Origin: Lingula anatina
Lineage: Eukaryota; Animalia; Brachiopoda
Assembly (NCBI GenBank): GCA_051362555.1
Contig: CM120640.1
Span: forward strand, 46,106,788-46,170,787
Direction of reading: 5' to 3'
Length of the DNA stretch: 64,000 bases
The position numbers were made by a program, and so were the translations under genes. The notes below the pieces were generated by a model. The model was not told the DNA's origin, searched no databases, and worked only from the letters and a program-made list of their open reading frames with translations. Positions 53,101 to 64,000 of the stretch are shown here, one piece after another. Each line of letters opens with the position of its first letter. Position 1 is the stretch's first letter.

Positions 53101-53141
53101 GCAATTCTAGCAAAAAGATTGAGGCAGCTTTGATATGGTGA
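44163..53141 (+). CDS. Atypical Ras-superfamily (Rab-like) GTPase fused to a C-terminal helical domain, ~581 aa
   Basis: Exons: 44163-44196, 44487-44534, 45055-45147, 45556-45681, 46084-46277, 50476-50809, 51094-51250, 51557-51749, 52147-52347, 52588-52686, 52875-53141 (1746 nt, all GT-AG, in frame). Motifs: G1 FKIALVGDTEVGKSS, G2 YRPT, G3 LWDLPGRE, RabF-like YYKDLDAAIVVVDLT, G4 LLLGNKYD, G5 VSAK. AATAAA lies at 53741. Confidence 0.9.
46994..49650 (+). mobile_element. Non-autonomous Helentron-type element, concatemeric copy B, in intron 5 of the Rab-like gene
   Basis: Termini match copy A: TTTTTATGTACAGACAC-AGAT-ATGTCTGTACAT at the 5' end and TGTCTGTACATTTGACAGCTTTGCTGCCTTGTT at the 3' end. 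Core repeats start near 47172, 47331 and 47493 (period 159-162). A second internal head lies at ~48608. Confidence 0.82.
50055..50110. repeat. (AAT)n microsatellite
   Basis: Perfect AAT run. Confidence 0.95.
50112..50287 (-). mobile_element. Degenerate 5' fragment of a second HINE-like family
   Basis: On the - strand it reads ATTATCCCTGTGCTTTTGAAACAAAAG (hairpin-like head), then a degenerate tetranucleotide run (ccatctatgcatctgttagtgagtctgtgtgttagtg), then ...gaaactttgg. This layout is typical of such elements. Confidence 0.4.
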
Positions 53142-54104
53142 AAGATATGGCAAATTTCATTAAGTGCATGTACTTGTAACAAACTTGAAATTTTTTGGAA
53201 CTGGACTTTTGAATTTTGATTTTTAATCACCTGGATTATCTTTCAGGAAAGATAAAACTATTTATCTATTTTGTTGAAATGTTTTGATATAAAAGGTCCT
53301 CTTAGATAACATTATTATATTTTATTAATACAGATTTTAATACCATATTATACACAAGAAAAATTTTAATTCCGTCTAGTGCATACAATATTTAGTTTTA
53401 TCTTTGAATGGTATTCAGTATTTATCGCATTGATCTTAGCTAATTTTTTCATTGAATTCCGTCCTTTTTAATATCAGTGTTTAATCAAGAAGAGTTATGT
53501 AAGGCAGGTTTCACTCCTGCATGAATTATTTTTGTTACCATTTTTTTCTTTTAAGTTAAAATATGTGGCATGTCCTTTCCATAAGACTCTCGTACATTCA
53601 TCGGCTGTATGGAAGATGGGAGAGTGAATGTAGAATGATTTCAGAATAGCTTTAGAATCAGGTCAAAAAAGACTACGTTTTGTTTAACATTCTTTTATAT
53701 TATACGAACTTTGAATTAATTAGACTGAAGCTGGCCTTCAAATAAACAGATTTAGAAAAATAAGCTTGGTTTTTGCTCATATGTACTACCACATGATGGA
53801 ATAGGACCTCAATTTTTTTCTCTGTTCATATATTATTTTACGACGGTAAAATACCCAAATCCAAAAAGCCTCATTCAAATACATTTTTTATTTCAGTAAA
53901 ATTTGAGCGTCTGTATACAATGCACGTATGATGAGGTACTCAGTACCTCTGTATTCTGTATTAAGAATTTTTTTAGGCCTTGTTTTTGATCTGGCCCGAT
54001 TTGAAAATATCATATCAAATAACTTTTGTACTTAACAAGTACGAAACAACTAAAAAGCATTGAGCAAGTAATTTGGATATGCGTGTAGATGCTAGTTGGT
54101 AGAA

Positions 54105-55307
54105 TCACACAACCGGCAGCGTCCGTCGGAACACCCTGTTCTCTTCTTCTAATCTCAAGACCTCGCCCTCCGCGGCTGTAAGCTTGATCTTCAGTTTAGA
54201 ATTCCTTTCGCGAAGTTTATCCCGTTCGCCTTTCAAGTCCGAATTTTCGAGTATGGATTTCTGTATATTGTTGTGATAATCTACAAAATTCTCAACGTGA
54301 GCCCTAAGTTCTTCTATGCCGCGCTGTAAAGCGTCTGGGCGTTTCTCGCTGTTAATGTAACCTTTTTTGGTAATAAGTGATAACATCGTTTCAATTTCAT
54401 TCTCGGTGTCGGCAAGCGTTCTTTCCAGTTGTTTGACTTCGACGTTTCGTTTTCCCAGTTCTTTTGTTTCAACATCATGAATTTTGTTGAGCTCTTTTAT
54501 TTTCGCTTCATTTTTATCCAGTTGTTTCTGCACTGTGAATCGGAGATCGGCAAATGTTGACTTCAGAGACGCTGACTTTTCTAGTTTTTTCGTCTCTTTC
54601 TCGCCATTTCTGCTTCTTACGTGATTAGTGAGATTGATGATATCATTATTAATGAATTCAAGTAAATCGTCTGCGTCACGTAATCTCTCTGTTAATTCCA
54701 TGTTTTCATTTTCTTCTTTTGAAAGTTCTGCACTTTTGTCTTTGAGCTGTTGTTTAAGAGATTGTATTTTCTTTTCAAGCTGGGATATTTTTTCGTTTTT
54801 CTCGGCTAATTCTTCCTCGAGTGGTATAACCTCTCGCAGTTGTCTGTCTTTCAGGTAAGTCTCAAGCTGTGCTATCCGCTCTCGATGCTACAATTTAAAT
54901 TTAAATTTTAGGCTATATACTTTTTTGTAGAAATATTTCACTTTTGACTTATAAATGTGAAAAATCCATGACAATTTCCAATTATATTTTCAAATGAATG
55001 CTAGGACTAGAATTGTTTTTCTTTCGTCAGTATTTTCACATATATGAACAATTATGGTTAACATCCATCTACATGGGTACTTACATATAAATACATGTAG
55101 TAACTTATAACAAGGAAGTCGGAAGGGTCATATCTACCGCCTTGCTTATAACAACAGAGCACCTACCTCCCTATTTCTCTCCTTGAATACCTTATTCTCT
55201 CGAAGTAGCCAGGGTATATCAATCTGTGTGTGCCCGCACGCCGTGTGAGGACGGAGGTTTGGGTCTGTAGGAGAGTGAGAATGCGCGTGCCCTGTTTTCT
55301 TCAACAT
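54105..55307 (-). CDS. Uncharacterised coiled-coil protein, ~307 aa, 2 coding exons
   Basis: Exon 55307-55167 (MLKKTGHAHSHSP...ENKVFKERNRE, GT donor) splices in frame to 54887-54105 (HRERIAQLETYLK...RVFRRTLPVV*). It has an E/K/L heptad-rich composition and extends the 198-aa track ORF. Confidence 0.8.
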
Positions 55308-57892
55308 TTTGGTCTACAATTTAAAAAAAAATTAAAGCAAGTGATCAGTGAATATAACATTGTATTGATAGATTTTTTTCTTTTTGTAGTGTTCAGGTGA
55401 TTGTTCGCCTGAGAATCGACACGACTAGTAAAGTTTCATTAATTCAGCATTTTAATATCGGCTTATCAAAGGTGGGCAAAATGGTATTTTGTCATCTACA
55501 TGTAGGTGACGAAGGCGTGTTTTCTAATTGTTTTAAAGAGTCTAGGCAGTTTAGCATCCAGGGCACTTAACCATAACTGAAGACAACTATGTGGATTCTT
55601 TTGCTGAAACTTGGATTTTACGGTAGGTTAATTTTTCGAGACACGCTAAATTTAGTGTCCTTGAAGGTCAGCTTGACACGGTTGATAAAATATATTATAT
55701 GTTGCGATTGCAGATTTAACAAAAAACCAAACTTTCCATTGTATACTCAACATGAACTTATGTTGAAAATAATTATACTTCAAACCACATGCCAAAAAGT
55801 GTCGCCTGTGATAAAACAATTCTGTGATTTTATAATAGCCCCTATCTACATAGCATGCTTACATACAGGGCTACAAATCGACAGAGTGCAGAGTGTATTA
55901 GAATTAAAATACGAACTACCCTGTAAGTTAATAAACTCATACTATTGACATACATGAATGCTATGTAACACAAACGAAAACTCTTGTAGGATCCTTGTTG
56001 GATGGTACCGAGTCCTTAATTTGTACAAAATTACCCCCGAATTCGTTGGCAAAAAGGCTAACTTAAAGGCGTTCCCCTCTACCTTACCTCCACTATTCCT
56101 AATGTAACAGCCGAAACATGGCGTCTCGTAGTCAAGGAACACTGGATTAAGTTTCGCTACGTGACCTTCATAAACACGGACAAGTGCACCGCTTCAAAAG
56201 GCTGTATTTATTCTTCCATTTAAAGCAAACGGAATGGTTTATACCTTAACATAATAGACGAATCGATGGAATGTAGCTATAAAGCGGGGGTTTAATGTGA
56301 ATATCAATTATTATACTGCATTGTTTATTTCGTGTAAATTATTCCATACTATATTGGATGTTTATCATCATTTTCAAATAATATGCACACAAAACCTCTT
56401 GATGCTTTTTCAACAAAAACACAACTGAGTTGGAATTGGTCTTTATATAAATAATTCCGTTGGTATCAATACTCGTACCTTTATCATTCTCTAATGATTT
56501 CCCAGGAAAGCAAGTGAAAAATCTAATTTTCAAACGGTGTTTTTTTTTTTTTTTTTTCGTATCAAAGCGAAACAAGACAACAATAGACAATGAATGTCCT
56601 TTGTAAAGTAATAAAAGGTGTAAAATTGATATTAGTTTTGCAAAATCTTTAAAACCTCTTTTTAACCTAATGAAGAAAAAACGTGTTCATACCACGAGGA
56701 AATTTGAATAATTTTCTTTTGGTTCAATTTTAAATTTCGATTTTCTTAAGGTTGTAAGATGAGAATGGGCCTTCAAATTCTGCTTCTAAAATTTTCAAAC
56801 CCAGAGCTACGTGCAAAATTTTCATAGCACACCCCCCCCCCCCCCCCACACACACACACAAAGACACGCACGCAACACACACGTCCTTAAATACCGTCGG
56901 AGCAAGTTACATGCCAAAGATTCCTTCTACTGTGACACAGGGTGTATCAATGTCGATGAACAAGTCCATTTGTTTACCTACGAATTTCCACAGGTACTAA
57001 GGCGTGTGAACTGCCACATATAGCTGAGAAGGGAAGTCATTTGGCATTATGCCGAGCATATTAAAAAGAGTTTGAGTCAATAAAGATTTTCTTCCTTTCT
57101 TTCTTCAATCATTTAAAGACAGATATAGATAGATGGAAATATTAATTAACATGTTTGTTTATCAAGTATCATCATCATCATCATCATTATTATTTTATTA
57201 TTATTATTATTATTTTCTAAATTAAGAAAACAACAGTTTTGGCTGTATTATCCATGTCAATTGCCCTCTTAAACCACAGAAACCCCCCCCCCCCTCTCCC
57301 ACGGATCCGGCCAAGGAAAAGCCCAAGCAAGTGGAGCCTTCGTTATTTATCCAGCAGTCGACAATGATCAGTCACCCAAAGCTGACCCGGATCTGCTTAC
57401 ACCTTCCAAAGAGGGAAGAACAAAAATAGTTACATTTAGTACGGATCTAGACGTACACACACTCTACATGGCCAACTAAGAAGAGGAGACTTTTCACTGT
57501 ATTTTTAAACACAAGGAAGTTCATTATACACAAAAACGAACAGGCATAATAAGATGAATATTTGGAAAATTTTGCGATTAGGGTAACGTTCTGCGTGTAA
57601 AAACCACCAAGGAAGTCATCATCACAGGTGACGGTCGTGAATCTCGGCCACACCGTCAGGCACACGTGATGGGTCGTTAAAGATGACGCTCTAAGTTTCA
57701 CCTTCAAGTAGTAGATTATAGCCAGGCAATGTTTAGGCCAATGTGGGGACTTTTATGTCACGTAAAATGCTACCTGAGAAGTGCATCAGGCTGGCTGTGA
57801 CACGGCCAGGTAAACACAGGTACGCTAAAAGAAGCGGCAAACAAGATATCCTTGGTTCGCATTCTAAACAGTTATTGTATTGAAGGGCATGC

Positions 57893-59137
57893 ATGGAGTC
57901 CCGTGGCATTCTACTATATTACCTATGGATCACTGTATCATTGATTCCAGTGACAAAGTTAAATGGTAAGTACGTTACAACAGTAAGTAAAAGTGTTAGT
58001 GTTTTAACAGTAAATTAAAATAGTCATAATTGATTTCACATGGTATAAGCCTAACAGCGTACTATATTTCATTGGGGAAGGAATTGTTTGCCTACAGACA
58101 ACGAACAATGATACACAGTGGCGGTCCGCACAGTGGCACACACATGATGGTCAACCTGTCCGTTTATCTGTTCATTCTCGATCATGTTACTCATGCGGAC
58201 CTCAATTAGAAATGTGCGGCCCAGGAATGCCGTTTAGCATGGGAGTCTCGGGCTGTCATTGTCCTATTGTGGTGACTCAAGTCAAGTTTCTCAGTGATGG
58301 AAGTCACCTCAAATCTATATATTTCAAACAGCAAAGGAAAAAAGAGTAAAAAGACGACAATTCAATTATCGACTCAGAAATTAGCAATATCCGCGAAAGT
58401 AATCAATATAAAGCGCCTACAATTTTTTTTTACCTTTAATTCGTTTAATCGATTGGAAGATTAACCGGATTGTTAATATTTTTATCATTATCATTGTTAT
58501 GATTCGTCACCTCAGTTCTACATTCCTTAAAAGTCCGATCCCACTGACCTTCAGGGTGAATTTCGCATGAATTACGCACAAAATTAGTTGATACTCGCTA
58601 AACATCCGCAATATGCTTGTATCATTCGGCCATCATCCGCACACGTCCACTCTTTTTCCGTTCCCGAGAATTTTTAGCTGCCCCAAAATTTGATTGCGGA
58701 TGACATGCGCAATACATCCGCAAAACATACACAATACATAAGCAGTACATATGCAATACAGGCGTTTGTTTCCGCACTTCTCTGCAACTCACGGGGTAGA
58801 TTGTCTGTGCACAGTATTCCGCAATAAGAAACGGACAGTTTCTAATGAAATTTTCAGGATAGGACCGCATGGGCCAAGGAAGAAGTGATTAGAAATTGGT
58901 GATGATTAATAAGTTAATGGTTTATTATTAGTTTATTATTTGTCTTGTTTATTATTTTGTTCGATATTGCATATAGTTATAAAAACCCTTAATTATAATA
59001 CAGTCGTATATTCATTCAAACAGGACATATCACATATTAAATGGCTCGTCTTTGTGTACTTTATAATTTTGTTAAAGTATTTGGGTTAAAAAACTTATTT
59101 TGCAATTTTGCAAATATCTTTCCTCTCTGAGCAATTG

Positions 59138-59193
<56 letters not shown>

Positions 59194-61526
59194 GTGATAT
59201 TTGTAGAGTGTCCTGCTCCCTTGAGTACTCGGATCCCAGGAGATGTCGAGCTCATCGGTATGTTCAGCCTGCACCTCCCCTCCTCCCAGCGTGGGACCCT
59301 GATAGGACAACCCCACAAAGACCAGCTTACCCCAGCGCTGCTCACTGCAGAGGCCGTCATATGGGCGTTGGAGGGGCTAAATCGACACGATTTCATACCT
59401 GGTGTTCGCCTAGGTAAAGCCTGTGTTGTGATGCCTATGATTTATTAGCGCCCACACCCTACTTTAAAAACATCAATTAATGTGGTGGGGAAATAAACCT
59501 GCATTTTCATAACTACAATCATGAAATTCGTCACAGATAAGGTTAATAACACTCTGAGTATGACGTTTATATGAAGGTACGTCGGAAAATCCTCTTACAA
59601 AATTCACAGATCACTGTTTGTGGTATTTCCAAATTATGAAAATGATTATTAGTTCCCACAAGCTTTTTCACTACATTGCTAGACCAAACTTACCAAGTTT
59701 GTGTGGGTGTTGACTACATGATTTCATGCACGGATCCAAATGTCACACTCGGTCCGTGCTGGGCATTGATTAATTACTGTAGAACTTAGAGTAGTGGCAG
59801 GTGTCGGGTAAGTAACAAAGAGGAGGTGGAACGGTATTGTATGGTATGGAGAATAAACTGCAATATACGACCTTGATGAGAAAAATGATGAAATATCCGT
59901 ACTTGAATAGAAAAATATTTTATTATTTTACATTAAAAACCAATGAGGTTATTTTTATAAAGAAGAAATTCGAACAGAAAAATGCAATGTACAAACTTGG
60001 AGAAAGGCCTACGTGTAACAAAATTCCCGATCAAAACAACATAATGCCCATTCTAGTCAACGGCGCATGTCTTACGATGTCATTGGACAAACCTCCACCC
60101 TATACTTGGCCAGACTCGAGAACTAGTTAGTGTCAACAAACTTTCCTTAACCAACGAGTAACACGATTTCAGATGTACCTCCTTGCCTTGACCTTGGACC
60201 CATAACAGCAACCTAAAGTTGTTCTAATTACTCCTAGCCCAAACGCATCCACATCCACACATTCTAACACGAGGGCCTGCTTCTTGAAAGCATCGATCGT
60301 CAGCTTACGAAATGATCCGTAACGAGGACTATCCATCAGAGTGTGAAACTCAGGGTGACAAGAGAAATGCAAAAGAAAACCGTGCCAATAAATTCCGGGT
60401 TTTTGACTATGAATAAGATATGATTTACCATAAATATTGGCCCTCCTCATAGGAGCATGAATAGTTAGGACGAGATTATGCCTCCCTGTTGGGGCAACCA
60501 TAGTTGTTAGCTTTACCGTGGTGTTCCTTGGCTTTCTACCGGGGACCAAAGAAATGAGTAACCTCACAGCAAAAAGAAAAGGTCTACTTTGCACTTTCCT
60601 TTTTTTCTCCAGTTTTCCATATTATGGCTCCTGGATCATATATGTTTTATTCGACAATCTCATTGTTGTTTGGAATGCCTGCGGGCTATAGTGGTTTGGC
60701 AGCTTTTTTCAGTATTGCTTTCTTTTGATATTTGATAAATATGTGGCAAACATCTTTTGGCAAATATGAACCGGTTACCCAGGCCCGCAGCCAGAGGGCG
60801 GGTTCGGGGGGTTCAAAAGAACCGCCCATTTTGTCAGGAAAAGGTTCATTCTGGGTAAAATTTGATCTAGGTATACATAGGTTTCGTTGTAAAAGGTCCA
60901 TTTTTTTTTTCAGAAAAAGAACCCCCCTTTTGAATTTGCTAGCTACGGGTCTGCATTTTTTATCAAAATAAATAATCGTTCACGAATCATGTTATTCGAC
61001 ATTTTAATGAACAATAAACATCCCTTTACAAACTAAAGAAAGAAATCGAAAGAATAAATGACCAATAAATGAATTGACGTATTGTAAACGCCAGTATACA
61101 CTGACATAGGACATCATAAAATTTCACTAATTTTTGATTGTATTTCTTGATTAGGTATAACTGTGTACGACATTGCGGGATCACGCCAGCTGGCAGCCAG
61201 TGTTGCTTCCATCACTTACCAGAAGCTGAACAAAGACAGTGGTCCTTACCCCTGCAGAAGGCCCAGTAATGCTTCATTGATAGCAGGTAAAAATAATAAC
61301 ATTAATAATATACAGTGATGATGATTGTGAAATGCTATGGCTGAAGATTCTTTATTGCAACTAAATGCACCACTGATGTGGAGATTATGTTAATTACATA
61401 TTAATATGAATAAATACAACAGAATACAGAATATGAATGAGAGCAATGCACTTATAGATTTATTTATCTGTGAAAATATGAAGATATACATGTATTTAGT
61501 CTAACAATGAGAAGACTATGCTGTGC

Positions 61527-61572
<46 letters not shown>

Positions 61573-64000
61573 AATTTTTGAGGCAAACTTAGACTTCATA
61601 TTTACATTTTCAATTTCATAAACATCTTCGATTAAAATCTTTCGTATTTACACCAATATTTACCCATAACACTGCAGATATTTCTTGAAAATTACCTAAT
61701 GGAAGAACAAGCATTATTATGTGTTTTATTTTCTCTGTAGGTATCGTTGGACCAGGGCGAAGTAATTCAGCAGAGATTGTGAGCAACGTGTTGAAAGGCA
61801 CAGATATTCCGGTTTTATCCTACTCCAGTACATCAAATGCTTTACGAGATGTTGAAGAGCATCCTAATTTATTATTCACTGTAGAATCGGACAGACACCA
61901 AGTCCAGGTATGTTTTACTTTCATATTGATTTTAGTTTGATTTAATGTCATTGCTAAATGAAGATTTCGAATGTCAATATAAGGTGACTATAAGGTGTTT
62001 ACCATTATAAGCGACGCATTTAAATTCTAACCACCATACTACTCCATAATATCATTTTGAATATAAAACTGAGAAAGAATGGTATATATTTATTAGCAAT
62101 AATGAGATGACACAATAAATACCGATATCCATACAGTATGAAATGGTTGTCATATCATTTAGGCAATGGTTGAAATTCTGAAGGCTCTTGGATGGGACTA
62201 TGTAGCAATCGTATACACTAACGAAAACTACGGAATAAACGGATACCAAGAGCTCAAGGCGGCTGCGCAGAAAGAGGGGATATGTATTGCCACTCCCCGG
62301 ATAGGTAACTATAGCATCCCCCTGGCAACGAGCAGTGATCGTTTTGACCGAATCATATCGGATTTGGTACAGAGTGGAACGAGAGGAGTCATCTTTTTCG
62401 GCCTGCAGGAGTACGGTAAAAGACTTCTGGAAGCTAGTGCACGGCACCAAGATGCCCCTTCTCTGCTCATGTGGATATTTTCCGAGGCTTTGGCTAATAA
62501 TAATGCCTTCAGCGGTCAGACGCTATACGCCCTACAAGGAGGTCTGGCTGTAGCATCGGCCACAAAACAAATACCAACTTTTCAGAAATATTTTGTAGAC
62601 TTGTTATTCAACATTACCCGCGGTCACATTGTCACCGACCTTCGGCGCGTTTGGCTTGAAGAATACACCGTAGCTGCGTTTAGTTGTAAATTAGCAACCG
62701 CATTGGAAGCAAACAACCAACACACCAGAAACTGTTCAACGCTGTCTCGGACAGAAATACAAGATGTGGTTGAGGCAGGGTCCAGTTTGTACTTGGAAAA
62801 TGGCCTGAAAGCCGCTTACGCTTATGCTGCCTCGATAAGAAATGCGCATAGTGAGCTGTGTAACTCTCCTGGCGTATGTAGCAGCTTACGCGATATGACG
62901 CCTCTTCAGTGGATGCGGTATCTTTCTGGACTAAATATCACGCTGACAAATCATGACATTCCTTTCCTCCCGCCAGAATTAATTGGAAAACGCTTGATTT
63001 TTGAACAGCACGAGCTCACTTTCAACCCCGAGAGTCCAATTTACAAAATAAGAAATTATCAAAAGGATCGAACTATTGATGTGAGTTTATTTATCGTATA
63101 TTCTTAAAAAGGCGTTTATGTTTATAACAGCAATATCGAAGTTTCAAGATTACTTTGTTGAGTGAACTTTACAGTATTTGAAGATGTTTGTCCAAATTAT
63201 AATTAGTTGAACATTTGTTCAAATATGGAAGATCAAACCATAGTTTTATTTATAATTGAGTTGTTATAATAATTACCTAAATGATAAGTTATTTTTGTCT
63301 GCATTTTAGGTTGGCTTCTTTGATGGTCGTGAACTCGTACTGAACACTTCGAATATCATTATGTACAGATACGACTCCAACAATCAACCTGTAGAAGTTC
63401 AGGGGGAAAATTTGGACAGATCTACCTGCCCAAGAAAATGCGCAGAGTGTGTCAGGAAGAGTGAAGTGAAAGTTGCCTATAAACCGGGGCAGCATCTCAT
63501 CCTTGGGGTGTTTCCGATACATTCGTCAGATTGCACAACAATCCGACCGACTGCGAGCGTGCAATTGTTAGAGGCTTTCCTTTTTGCCATGGAGCAGATT
63601 TCTCAAAGGAAAGGAGTGATGCAAAATATATCGCAAGACTTAGATTTCGGATATCTTGCTCTTGACGACTGTTATGATGAATTCAAAGCCTTGCAAATAG
63701 CATGCGATATTTATAGCGGTAAACAGTTTGGTGACATTACCATAGACAGGAACTCATTAATTGGCTGGATAGGACCTCTATCAAGTGGAAACTGTCGACC
63801 GATTGCTTCGACTCTCCGACATGTACATGATTTACAGATCAGCTACGGATCAACCATAGAGGATTTCAATGACCGAAACCTTTATCCATATTTCATGCGG
63901 ACGGTTCCGACAGACGAACAACTGACAAGGGCCATTTTGAGTATATGTCAGCAGATGGGATGGACGTATGTCTCTATCATCCATGCAAGTCACGACTACG
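57893..64000 (+). CDS. Class C GPCR / mGluR-like receptor with tandem Venus-flytrap (ANF-receptor) domains, 5' part; truncated by the window edge
   Basis: Exons: 57893-57965 (signal peptide MESRGILLYYLWITVSLIP), 59207-59413 (IPGDVELIGMFSLH...EAVIWALEGLNRHDFIPGVRLG), 61155-61286, 61741-61907 (GIVGPGRS...PVLSYSSTS...FTVESD), 62163-63080 (LGWDYVAIVYTNENYGING...GICIA) and 63310->64000. The last exon contains a second VFT: PGQHLILGVFPIH...LDDCY...IGPLSS...QISYGST...YPYFMRTVPTD...GWTYVSII. Confidence 0.9.
59139..59191. repeat. (ATT)n microsatellite just upstream of the GPCR exon-2 acceptor
   Basis: Perfect ATT run ending ~15 nt before the AG at 59205-59206. Confidence 0.95.
60780..60953. mobile_element. 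Short TIR element (MITE) in GPCR intron 2
   Basis: Imperfect TIRs CAGGCCCGCAGCCAG ... CTAGCTACGGGTCTG. A partial second copy lies at 8912-9040. Confidence 0.7.
61530..61569. repeat. (GT)n microsatellite
   Basis: Perfect GT run. Confidence 0.95.

Noticed and set aside
53840-54050. Short palindromes (GAGGTACT-C-AGTACCTC; TTTGTACTT..AAGTACGAAA) as a MITE or terminator
   Set aside because: The arms do not extend into convincing TIRs, and bacterial-type terminators are irrelevant here.
62166-63107. Calling the receptor a true metabotropic glutamate receptor (GRM) orthologue
   Set aside because: Glutamate-specific residues are not evident, the tandem-VFT layout is non-canonical and the 7TM is outside the window, so no gene symbol is assigned.

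Overview
This is AT-rich, intron-containing animal genomic DNA from a lophotrochozoan, probably a mollusc (inferred from gene and repeat content). Manual splicing recovers six protein-coding loci: (1) the 3' exon of a tyrosinase with a Cys-rich domain and a Q/P/Y/N-rich tail (+); (2) an unrecognised 14-exon, ~651-aa gene (-); (3) PRDM1/Blimp-1, with a PR/SET domain and 5 zinc fingers (-); (4) an atypical 11-exon, ~581-aa Rab-like GTPase (+), which has an N-acylation motif, a ~140-aa acidic insert splitting G4 from G5, no prenylation motif and a fused C-terminal helical domain; (5) a 2-exon coiled-coil gene (-); (6) the 5' part of a class C GPCR-like receptor carrying at least two tandem Venus-flytrap domains (+, runs off the window). 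Two inverted copies of a Helentron-type non-autonomous element with ~160-bp internal repeats and concatemeric structure flank the PRDM1 region. There are also small MITEs, microsatellites and a sharp CpG-rich/CpG-poor mosaic. The most interesting candidates are the tandem-VFT receptor and the split, acylated Rab-like fusion protein. All exon models were read by eye from GT-AG sites and frame continuity; no database searches were run.
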